Positions 27,335 to 34,408 are shown, counted from the first letter of the stretch. The stretch is DNA of 38,156 nucleotides from Rikenellaceae bacterium (GCA_045656065.1 JAZOQL010000013.1:1-38156), one strand, 5' to 3'. Notes: generated by a model from the sequence alone, not told the origin. Numbers and translations: made by a program.

Positions 27335-28097
27335 TTGTTCAAATCCTCCTGTTCTCTACGACTTTTTTCCTTTATGTAATCGACAATGTTGAAGAACTCA
27401 ATCACACCCATTTCCCACACATCGTCCCAGGTCACCCGTTTTGTATGTGCGACTTCATCAATCTGCCTAAGCCAATTATACCTTCGATGTTTTTCATCAA
27501 ACTCATCCTCGTTTCCTTCAGCTTTATCTTCCTCACCGGGTCCTTTTCCCTTATCTCCATCATCGTCGTCCCCCAGACCAAACGTATCAGACCTTTCAGA
27601 TACGAATTCTTTGAACGCTTGGCAAAAAAAAAGCAGGCGTTCTCGGCAACCTCGACAGGCATCTTCTCCCGGAATACCTCGGCAACCTCCAGGGCATCGT
27701 ACCCGTCGTTGTACTTGTGACCCTCAGGAAGAATGAAACAAGCCAGTACGTTGCAGTAATTCTTTTCGTAATCCTTGTAGAACGTCTGGAAGTCGATGTA
27801 CTGAGCCGTTGTGATGTCCTTGAAGTCGGTATGCACCACATACTTCACACCATCCAATGTGATGTACTTGTTCCTTAACCTGTCCTTCACATCAGGCTTC
27901 TTCAATATGAACGCACCATCAGCCAACAAACGCCTCACCTCACCAACCGGGGAGTTGAGAAGCTCGTCAGGGGTGCAGTCACACAACACAGCCAGGATTT
28001 CAATGTCACTGTTTTCAACCTCGTCCCTGATTATTTCCTTGATTTTCTCGTACTTACCAACAGGTAACGTACCCCAACTCTTGTATTTCAGTTCCAT
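27310..28097 (-). CDS. Alternative 262-aa product made by a -1 shift (or a 1-nt homopolymer length difference) at the T9 run
   Basis: The -1 frame stays open for 104 codons after the T9 run, ending ...VTWDDVWEMGVIEFFNIVDYIKEKSRREQEDLNKWQMAHRY*. It fills the 97-nt gap 27335..27431. Confidence 0.45.
27432..28097 (-). CDS. Hypothetical protein (tail-assembly-chaperone-like?), frame-0 product
   Basis: 221-aa ORF with an ATG start, containing TGC TTT TTT TTT GCC at codons 155-159. Confidence 0.5.
   Translation of the reverse strand: MELKYKSWGTLPVGKYEKIKEIIRDEVENSDIEILAVLCDCTPDELLNSPVGEVRRLLADGAFILKKPDVKDRLRNKYITLDGVKYVVHTDFKDITTAQYIDFQTFYKDYEKNYCNVLACFILPEGHKYNDGYDALEVAEVFREKMPVEVAENACFFFAKRSKNSYLKGLIRLVWGTTMMEIREKDPVRKIKLKETRMSLMKNIEGIIGLGRLMKSHIQNG
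27624..27632 (-). other. Slippery homopolymer (U9 on the mRNA; A9 on the plus strand)
   Basis: Counted directly: ggcAAAAAAAAAgcagg. Confidence 0.9.
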
Positions 28098-28158
28098 AAG
28101 TGTAGCCTAAATCTTGTAACTTATTGATACACAGTTCAAGTTCGAGTTCGTTTACAAC

Positions 28159-29439
28159 TCATCTTGAAAAGCCTATGCAGTACTGTCCGGTTGTCTGGTT
28201 GGTGTAGTAGGCGTTGTAGGCAAGCATCGACGACATAACGATGTCGTCGTGAGTGCCGTAGGCGCCGTTGTAGGTAACCACCTGGGTTTTCGGATTGTAC
28301 TCGGCTTCGTATGCGGTGAACTGTGACACCAATGCCTTGTTATTAAATAATTTTATTTTACCTTGTTCCAGGGCGACCTGCATCTGTTGTACGAGTTCGC
28401 TCTTGGATTTATTTGTTGTGACCCACCTGTTAATCTTGCCGGACACAACGTTGAGCCGTTTATCGTTCAGTCCCTTGATGATGAGGTCAATCAGTGGTGA
28501 GCCGATGCTGTTGTTCTCGGCATTGATGCTGGCAATCCTGACACCGAACTTCTCAATGTCCCCCACAATCCTTTCAACCTGCTGGAAGGTTGTCAGGTCA
28601 TTCCAGAAATCCAGGAACACCATTTCACCGTTCTCGTTAACCGCAGAAATTGCGGTATAGTCACCGCCGTTCCCGGCTCCGAAATCAATGCCCAGATAAA
28701 CCCTGTTGAATGGTACAGGCGCCTCGTCAATCAGGTTCTCGTTAACGAAGCTGAACACCATACCGTCATCGTCCAACCACTCACCGAGGATTTCTGACTT
28801 GAACTGGTTTGCGGTAAGAATCCTCCGGTACTGTTCGACCATTTCATCGCTGATGAGGCAACTGGTATCCCAATCGTTCCAGTCGATTGATACGACCCTT
28901 CCGTTCCCGTCAAGACCTTCCTTGTAATAGTTGTAGAACACTCCGTCCCTAATCTTCGGCGTTGATACCAGGAGCATAGGGGCATTGGAAACCTGTCGCC
29001 AGGGAAGGACCAGTTCAAGTAGCTCAGGTGAAAGGAACGCAGCCTCATCGAGGATAAGCACACCCGTTACAGTGTAACCTCGAAGACCGTCCCGGATTTC
29101 AGCACTCTTGAAAAAAATCGTCGAGCCGTTGATGAACTCGATTTCAAGCAGGGTCTCGTTCTTTTTCTTGATGACACCGGAAGCATACACAGCATCGACC
29201 AGTTCCTTGTATATCTTTCGAGCCTGAGCCATCGTCGGGCTTATCAGGGCGTTCTTGGTCTTTGCGTAGTTCAGTGCGTAATGCAGGAGGATGCCCTGAC
29301 ACACATAGGACTTACCCCTCTGGCGGGGAGCCTTGACACAACATACAATTCCACTGTTGAGTCTGTTGCATACTGTATTAACAACGGCTTTCTGCCAGGG
29401 GTACAACTTCGGACCTATGTATGTCTTACCCTTCGCCAC
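28159..29439 (-). CDS. terL: Terminase large subunit
   Basis: Walker A-like KAPRQRGKS, Walker B LILDEAA, and nuclease-domain motifs YLGIDFGAGNGGD and GTHDD. The GTG start overlaps the upstream stop (TAGTG). Confidence 0.85.
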   Translation of the reverse strand: MAKGKTYIGPKLYPWQKAVVNTVCNRLNSGIVCCVKAPRQRGKSYVCQGILLHYALNYAKTKNALISPTMAQARKIYKELVDAVYASGVIKKKNETLLEIEFINGSTIFFKSAEIRDGLRGYTVTGVLILDEAAFLSPELLELVLPWRQVSNAPMLLVSTPKIRDGVFYNYYKEGLDGNGRVVSIDWNDWDTSCLISDEMVEQYRRILTANQFKSEILGEWLDDDGMVFSFVNENLIDEAPVPFNRVYLGIDFGAGNGGDYTAISAVNENGEMVFLDFWNDLTTFQQVERIVGDIEKFGVRIASINAENNSIGSPLIDLIIKGLNDKRLNVVSGKINRWVTTNKSKSELVQQMQVALEQGKIKLFNNKALVSQFTAYEAEYNPKTQVVTYNGAYGTHDDIVMSSMLAYNAYYTNQTTGQYCIGFSR

Positions 29440-29933
29440 TACTTGTCAAACTCGAACTTGATTGGACCGTCAGCACTGACCTCAACCTTCTTCGTCTCGG
29501 CGTACAGACCGTAAATCTTGTTGAGTTGCTCAGTGAACATTGCGGCTTCCTTGTACTTGCCAAGACCCTTGCACTCCTTGATGGACTTTTCAATCTTTTC
29601 AATCTGGGTCTGCCTTGCCAAATCCCTGTACTCTTCGAAACCCTCGTTGAGGGACCTTAAAGCCTCGTTGGTCCACTCGAAAGCATTGGACCTTGCAATG
29701 CCGAATACCTGCATAAGCATCTGGACAGCCTCAATCCTCGACAGACCTTCCTTGGTAATCCAATAAATGATTAACTGGTTGCGAAGGATAAGGTCTTCCT
29801 CACCCCACTTGAATCCGGTCCTGACAAGCTTCCCGGACTCGTCCTTCCTAATCGGTCTCTGTTGCTTGAGGTATGCGATTACCTCTTCCTCACTCATACC
29901 ATTACTGAACGGTGGTCTCTGTTTCTTTGCCAT
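29439..29933 (-). CDS. Terminase small subunit candidate
   Basis: 164 aa, immediately upstream of and overlapping terL. Called by position only. Confidence 0.4.
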   Translation of the reverse strand: MAKKQRPPFSNGMSEEEVIAYLKQQRPIRKDESGKLVRTGFKWGEEDLILRNQLIIYWITKEGLSRIEAVQMLMQVFGIARSNAFEWTNEALRSLNEGFEEYRDLARQTQIEKIEKSIKECKGLGKYKEAAMFTEQLNKIYGLYAETKKVEVSADGPIKFEFDK

Positions 29934-30282
29934 TATCTTCTGATTTTTGTTCGTTATTTGTAGCCTGTTTCTTTGGGCGACCAGGCTTACGCTTTGGTGC
30001 TGAGGCGGTTACGTTTTCAGGTTCGAGTTTATTTTGGACTTGCTCGGTTTCAAGGCGTTTCTTCTCGGCGAAGTAGAGCTTACCCAGTTCCTTGATGAAC
30101 TTGAGCGTACAATGCGGGCACCCGAAGTCTGTCTTGTAGCGTCGCCCGGTGATGCGTTCGTAAATATCGTTGAGGGCTCTGTACTGTTTGCTTCCGAAGT
30201 TCCTTGCGTAGTTGCTGTTGATAGCTGTGTTGAAGTAGTACTCGTAGCCTTCAAGAGCTTTCATATCTTCTGCTGTAATCAT
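29902..30282 (-). CDS. Hypothetical DNA-binding protein with an AT-hook-like tail
   Basis: ATG at 30282 (MITAEDMKALEGYEYYF...) lies 16 nt after a TATATTTAT box. Contains CPHC and KRKPGRPKK motifs. Confidence 0.45.
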   Translation of the reverse strand: MITAEDMKALEGYEYYFNTAINSNYARNFGSKQYRALNDIYERITGRRYKTDFGCPHCTLKFIKELGKLYFAEKKRLETEQVQNKLEPENVTASAPKRKPGRPKKQATNNEQKSEDNGKETETTVQ

Positions 30283-30307
30283 AGCTTTATCATTTGGGAT
30301 AAATATA

Positions 30308-30664
30308 TTATAAGCCGAAATAGTCGGCGACTGCCTCGAACATACGGGCGATAAAATCAAGTGAAATAACAAGCAGGTCCTTGAATGCCGGGGTCAGGAA
30401 ACTGAGCAACATACAGTAGGCGACCATCGGTATCGACAGGCAACCGCAACAGATTGTGACGATGAACGTAACCCACCAGGTCTGGCACCTGCTGCATTCG
30501 CATACTTTGAGAAGCGGGTGAATGTCCTTCCAGGAAAGGTCATCAGGGAACGGCTTGGTCTTGTAGGCATAACGCCAGACCACCCGGAGCATTTCGTCCG
30601 GGAACCCGGTGATGTCCGTCACATAGACAATCATCAATGCTATGAGGAACAGTTCGAGCGTCAT
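30308..30664 (-). CDS. Small integral membrane protein (about three transmembrane helices)
   Basis: LELFLIALMIVYVTDITGF, WWVTFIVTICCGCLSIPMVAYCMLLSFL. ATGA overlap with the upstream gene. Confidence 0.5.
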   Translation of the reverse strand: MTLELFLIALMIVYVTDITGFPDEMLRVVWRYAYKTKPFPDDLSWKDIHPLLKVCECSRCQTWWVTFIVTICCGCLSIPMVAYCMLLSFLTPAFKDLLVISLDFIARMFEAVADYFGL

Positions 30665-31455
30665 AGGTCCTGAGGTCTAACTGCGTTGTGGTAACGCTTA
30701 TTGTTCCAGTATGGTTCCCTCAAATCCTTCGCTTCAATCGGGGCGAAAGCTATGTTCGAATTATGGGCGTACCAGGTGAAGTAGTCGCTCTGGTACATAC
30801 GCTGGTCAACCCACATTATCTTTGCCATAGGGAAATACTTCTGGAGTACGAAACTGAACACCGTCTGGTCAACCCTTTCAATGCCGGAACTGTCACCGAG
30901 GTATTTGAGCAAAGCGTATGTGAGCCTGTTCAGGTCCTCGTTCAACCTGTTCTTTGTCTGAATGGAATAGCACATCTGAGCCATACCCTTGTAGTTCTTG
31001 ACATCCCAACCCTCAGCCATCTGCATAAACGCAAGGACCTTGTTTGCCTGCTGTATGTCATAACCCCTCGACTTGACCCAGGCTGTGTACTCTTCAAACT
31101 GGGTGTTCCTTGAAGGATGGAACATAAGGCTCAATTCACTGCCTTCCTTGATGTATCGGTCGATAAGCGGGTCAAGGTTCTTGTTGACACCCACACTTCC
31201 ATCAATGCGAAGGACAATCTTGTCGTCGGTGTACTTCCAGGGGTCGAAGCGAATCTGGTAGCACTTGTCGAATGTGCTTCCACTGAGGGTGTCGTCATAT
31301 ACCACCTCCCAGGAACCGGACTCGTCCTTGAGGTTTGGGTCGTTGGTCACCAGAATGTACCTGGCTCTGTCACTTTTTTCCTTGACCGGATGAATGATTT
31401 CGTACCCGTCAATGATGTAAGTCAAAACTGTGTAACGTTCGTTATTTGTAGCCAT
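30661..31455 (-). CDS. DUF616-like glycosyltransferase-fold protein
   Basis: Ordered motifs YTVLTYIIDGYE, ILVTND, W.VV, IDGS, FHPSRNTQFEEY and RVDQTVFSFVLQKYF match the DUF616 pattern (YT.I.G.YD, FTD, W.I, IDGN, HP.R...EE, RDQ.SF.Y). Confidence 0.5.
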   Translation of the reverse strand: MATNNERYTVLTYIIDGYEIIHPVKEKSDRARYILVTNDPNLKDESGSWEVVYDDTLSGSTFDKCYQIRFDPWKYTDDKIVLRIDGSVGVNKNLDPLIDRYIKEGSELSLMFHPSRNTQFEEYTAWVKSRGYDIQQANKVLAFMQMAEGWDVKNYKGMAQMCYSIQTKNRLNEDLNRLTYALLKYLGDSSGIERVDQTVFSFVLQKYFPMAKIMWVDQRMYQSDYFTWYAHNSNIAFAPIEAKDLREPYWNNKRYHNAVRPQDL

Positions 31456-31480
31456 ATTTATCTAAGTCTTTGATTATCAA

Positions 31481-31786
31481 TTATAGTTCGAGTTGATTGC
31501 CGACTAAACCCATCTTGGTCATAATGTCGGTCTTGATTCTGTTGATTTCCTTGAGGATGGTGGAGTGAGAAATGTTGCCGAGTAATCTTCCGAGCTTCCG
31601 GCTACTGCCGAGTTCCATATAAAGGCACCAGATTATTTTGTCAGCCTCCGGGAGCTTTGATATTGCCCGTTTGATTTCCAGGCTTCGCTCGTCCTCATTG
31701 TTCATCGGGTCATCGTCGTACTCGTATTCCTTCATAATCTGGTGAAGCTCGTCCGGGGTAATGTCAATGTTCATCTGGGATTTCAT
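31481..31786 (-). CDS. Sigma-70 family region 4 (ECF-like) as a stand-alone ORF
   Basis: SLEIKRAISKLPEADKIIWCLYMELGSSRKLGRLLGNISHSTILKEINRIKTDIMTKM fits the region-4 HTH pattern (L..LPE..R.v..L....g.S...ia..lgiS..Tv...l.Ra...l). Confidence 0.6.
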   Translation of the reverse strand: MKSQMNIDITPDELHQIMKEYEYDDDPMNNEDERSLEIKRAISKLPEADKIIWCLYMELGSSRKLGRLLGNISHSTILKEINRIKTDIMTKMGLVGNQLEL

Positions 31787-32099
31787 ATATGTTCCTCGTT
31801 ATTGGTCCACCCAGCAACCTTGGGCGTTTATAAATCCGGTAGAACGGAGAAGTAGCCGAAGCAATGTTGTTCATAACTAATCGAGCCAGATAGAAATTTA
31901 ACTCACCCCTTTCGTAAATGCCTGATAATTTGGAGTCTACGAGAAGGCTAAATAGTAAATCCTGTTCCAAATCACAGAGGTCCGGGTCGCTCGAATTGTT
32001 GGTAACCTGACGGATTATTCTATCCAGAAGTCCCTCTCTCACAATCGTTTCCGTAATGCGTCTGTTTTCATCTGACGAAACCTTTTTATTGTCAATCAC
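31764..32099 (-). CDS. Sigma-70 family region 2 (ECF-like) as a stand-alone ORF
   Basis: DPDLCDLEQDLLFSLLVDSKLSGIYERGELNFYLARLVMNNIASATSPFYRIYKR fits the region 2.1-2.4 pattern (D.eDl.Qe.f......... F..WL.rIa.N). GTG start. Overlaps the region-4 ORF by 23 nt in a different frame. Confidence 0.6.
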   Translation of the reverse strand: MIDNKKVSSDENRRITETIVREGLLDRIIRQVTNNSSDPDLCDLEQDLLFSLLVDSKLSGIYERGELNFYLARLVMNNIASATSPFYRIYKRPRLLGGPITRNIYEIPDEH

Positions 32100-32122
32100 T
32101 GATTTCTAAATAATTTTAATAT

Positions 32123-32147
32123 TTCCTTATTACGTAGTAATAAGGAA
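32123..32147. promoter_or_regulatory. Perfect 11-3-11 palindrome in the divergent control region
   Basis: TTCCTTATTAC-gta-GTAATAAGGAA, 24 nt upstream of the sigma-region-2 ORF start. Confidence 0.5.
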
Positions 32148-32332
32148 TTATTAAGTGTCATTCCTTCCATCCTGGTAACCGCACATATAAATAATAGTGT
32201 CCTGTTCAGAAATGTAAAGTCCAACACATTCCGTAAATAAATATGTTCCAACATCAAAAAAGTTTCAAGTTTGGCATACTTTTTGCTATAGTGTAGGTGT
32301 AATACGAAATGAATACGTTTAACCATTAAATA

Positions 32333-32668
32333 ATGCAGATTATGAAACAGACCAAATTAGACAAAGCGATGAGGCTTATGACTGGCGACTACGTTCTGAT
32401 GAGTGAGCACAGCAATATGTTCCTTATGATGACCAAGAAGCAGGAAACCGACTGGGAGAACGCTCAAATCGCCCAGTATATGCAGATGCCTGAGGGTTTC
32501 CTGGACTACGAGCTTCAGCGTCGTCAGAAGCTCACCAAGGAGCAGTTGAGTGACGAGGCTCTGCACTGGATGATTACCGGGAGCCGGGTCGATGCCAAGG
32601 AGCTTGCGGTGGGTTATATGGAGTGGGCGCACATTCCATACGACAAGAAGAAACTTTCAAGACTGTAA
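32333..32668 (+). CDS. Hypothetical early protein
   Basis: 111-aa ORF, first gene of the plus-strand block. Alternative ATG at 32342. Confidence 0.5.
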   Translation: MQIMKQTKLDKAMRLMTGDYVLMSEHSNMFLMMTKKQETDWENAQIAQYMQMPEGFLDYELQRRQKLTKEQLSDEALHWMITGSRVDAKELAVGYMEWAHIPYDKKKLSRL

Positions 32669-32673
32669 TGTCG

Positions 32674-32748
32674 ATTTCTTAATAAAACGCTTGGACATTC
32701 CGAAATTACTACTAACTTTGCATACGAAACAGATAAACCGAATATCTA
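32674..32748 (+). promoter_or_regulatory. Early promoter-leader cassette, copy 1 (-7 box TAACTTTG at 32713..32720)
   Basis: The 52-nt core 32697..32748 matches 33392..33443 at 51 of 52 positions. TAnnTTTG match. Ends at the ATG of the next gene. Confidence 0.5.
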
Positions 32749-33377
32749 TGAAATACAATTTCAGTAAAATCGACGAGACCGTCAAGATTGTTCCTATGGG
32801 GGCATTGTTCTGCAAGCGGATTATGGACCGTCTGCGCAAGAAGTGCAAGGGTGTGATTATGCCGAACCAGTGTTTCTTCAACGCCCTGGTGGTGGCTGGC
32901 TGGCTCAGGGAGTGGGGTTTCGATGTTGAGGTGGTTGAAGGTATGCAATCACAGAACGACAACTATATTGCGTTGAGTCGTAAGCTTGGGTTGAAGGAGG
33001 AAAGTGACAGGGAGCATTTGAAGAACCAGGCTCCGATTGCTCACAGGTGGCTCAGGAAGGGTGACAAGTATTTTGACCCTACTGTGGAGTTGCTGTTCGG
33101 TATGGAGTTCGTCAGGAGCTTCGACTACAATGCAAAGCGTATCTATGACAACCAGGAGCTTATTCGGTACGCTGGTGAAATACGGGACACCTTCGGGGTT
33201 GACGAGGTTCACTTTGTATCATCAATCACAGGCACCACCTTCTACTATGATGGTGACAACGACATCCCTGTGCATTGGGGTTACATCAACGACGACGGTG
33301 AGTATGTGGCACCTGAACAGAACCCGTATGAGCTGTTCACCGCATTGCGTAACACAAGGTACCCTTCAATTTCTTAA
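32748..33377 (+). CDS. Transglutaminase-like / papain-fold cysteine peptidase candidate
   Basis: ATG at 32748 (MKYNFSKIDE...). Candidate Cys-His-Asp triad: NQCFFNALVVAGWLREWGF ... IAHRWLRKGDKYFDPT (compare G.C..FA.l...llRa.GiPaR ... HaW.E.y..g.W..fDPT). Confidence 0.4.
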   Translation: MKYNFSKIDETVKIVPMGALFCKRIMDRLRKKCKGVIMPNQCFFNALVVAGWLREWGFDVEVVEGMQSQNDNYIALSRKLGLKEESDREHLKNQAPIAHRWLRKGDKYFDPTVELLFGMEFVRSFDYNAKRIYDNQELIRYAGEIRDTFGVDEVHFVSSITGTTFYYDGDNDIPVHWGYINDDGEYVAPEQNPYELFTALRNTRYPSIS

Positions 33378-33443
33378 AAAAAGTTTAGGAAATTCCGAAA
33401 TTATTACTAACTTTGCATACGAAACAGATAAACCGAATATCTA
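33367..33443 (+). promoter_or_regulatory. Early promoter-leader cassette, copy 2 (-7 box TAACTTTG at 33408..33415)
   Basis: See copy 1. TTTAG-N19-TAACTTTG spacing fits the Bacteroides -33/-7 architecture. Confidence 0.5.
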
Positions 33444-33815
33444 ATGAAACATTTCGACATCACCGATTACTTCGACTGGGAGATTGAACCCGGTGAACCA
33501 TACAAGGTCTGGGAAGAGGACAGTGAGGGTAATGAAGTTCTGACCCGAAAGGCTGACGACTACTACCGCATCAAGCTTAACGTTTCCAAGCTCTGCAAGG
33601 ATTATGAATTGGATGAGCAGTGGGTGGTTGAGAACATCTTCAAGGTGAACGGACACCGTTTCCACTTCTCACAGGCTGTCCTTGTGGACGGTTGGTATGT
33701 GACCACCGACATCGACGAGCAGGAGGACTGGGACAGCGACCTTATCGAGAATGAGATTATGCCTGGACTCCAAAGGTACATCGTAAGACTCATAAACGCA
33801 GCACACCCGGCGTAA
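33444..33815 (+). CDS. Hypothetical acidic early protein
   Basis: 123-aa ORF with an ATG directly after cassette copy 2. Confidence 0.5.
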   Translation: MKHFDITDYFDWEIEPGEPYKVWEEDSEGNEVLTRKADDYYRIKLNVSKLCKDYELDEQWVVENIFKVNGHRFHFSQAVLVDGWYVTTDIDEQEDWDSDLIENEIMPGLQRYIVRLINAAHPA

Positions 33816-33842
33816 AAGGGTGTATTTCATATCATCCATATT

Positions 33843-34130
33843 ATGGTACAAGTAGAAAGTAACAGGACCAGGCGGGAGCCGGAGCACAGACTGGAACTGA
33901 CCGTTAATGAGATACGCAGTTACGTATTTCCTCGTTTCAAGTATATGTCCGGCAACTTCAAGCTTGTCAAGTGGACCGGGAAGGGTGGTATTACCCTTCA
34001 CTACCGGAGAGACCCTGAGCACCCGGAGATTGTTCGGGTTGGGTTCGAAGAGCCTGGGTATGGTGTGACTTCCGTATATTACACCCTGGACGAGCTTGAG
34101 GCTTTGATACTGGACTCACAATTCAAGTAG
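33843..34130 (+). CDS. Hypothetical early protein
   Basis: 95-aa ORF with an ATG start. Confidence 0.45.
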   Translation: MVQVESNRTRREPEHRLELTVNEIRSYVFPRFKYMSGNFKLVKWTGKGGITLHYRRDPEHPEIVRVGFEEPGYGVTSVYYTLDELEALILDSQFK

Positions 34131-34134
34131 GGTT

Positions 34135-34335
34135 ATGGGCAAGGGTAATGCGAGTTACAGGCAGGTGCTTAAGCTGGCATCCCTGATTGAGAACCTTCCG
34201 TCCTCTGAAGGCAAGGAGTTCCAGCACTGCGAAAGCGACCAGAAAGCAAGGATGCTGATGGAACTGGCTTGGAAGGAACTGACTGGTGACACTTACACCC
34301 ATCAGTGGTATGTTGAAAATAAACGCTACTTGTGA
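34135..34335 (+). CDS. Hypothetical early protein
   Basis: 66-aa ORF with an ATG 4 nt after the upstream stop. Confidence 0.4.
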   Translation: MGKGNASYRQVLKLASLIENLPSSEGKEFQHCESDQKARMLMELAWKELTGDTYTHQWYVENKRYL

Positions 34336-34371
34336 GCGCTGTTTCTTAGTATTATTTTTCATTTGTATGTG

Positions 34372-34408
34372 GGCTGGTGCGTTGGGAAATGTGCCAGCCT
34401 TTTAATTT
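34372..34408 (+). terminator. Rho-independent terminator after the early operon
   Basis: GGCTGGTGC-10-nt loop-GTGCCAGCC (two G-U pairs) followed by TTTTAATTT. Confidence 0.6.

Noticed and set aside
32096-32326. 76-aa minus-strand ORF in the divergent control region
   Set aside because: The interval is AT-rich and holds the palindrome and promoter-like elements. The translation is not protein-like, and the ORF would overlap the sigma ORF start.
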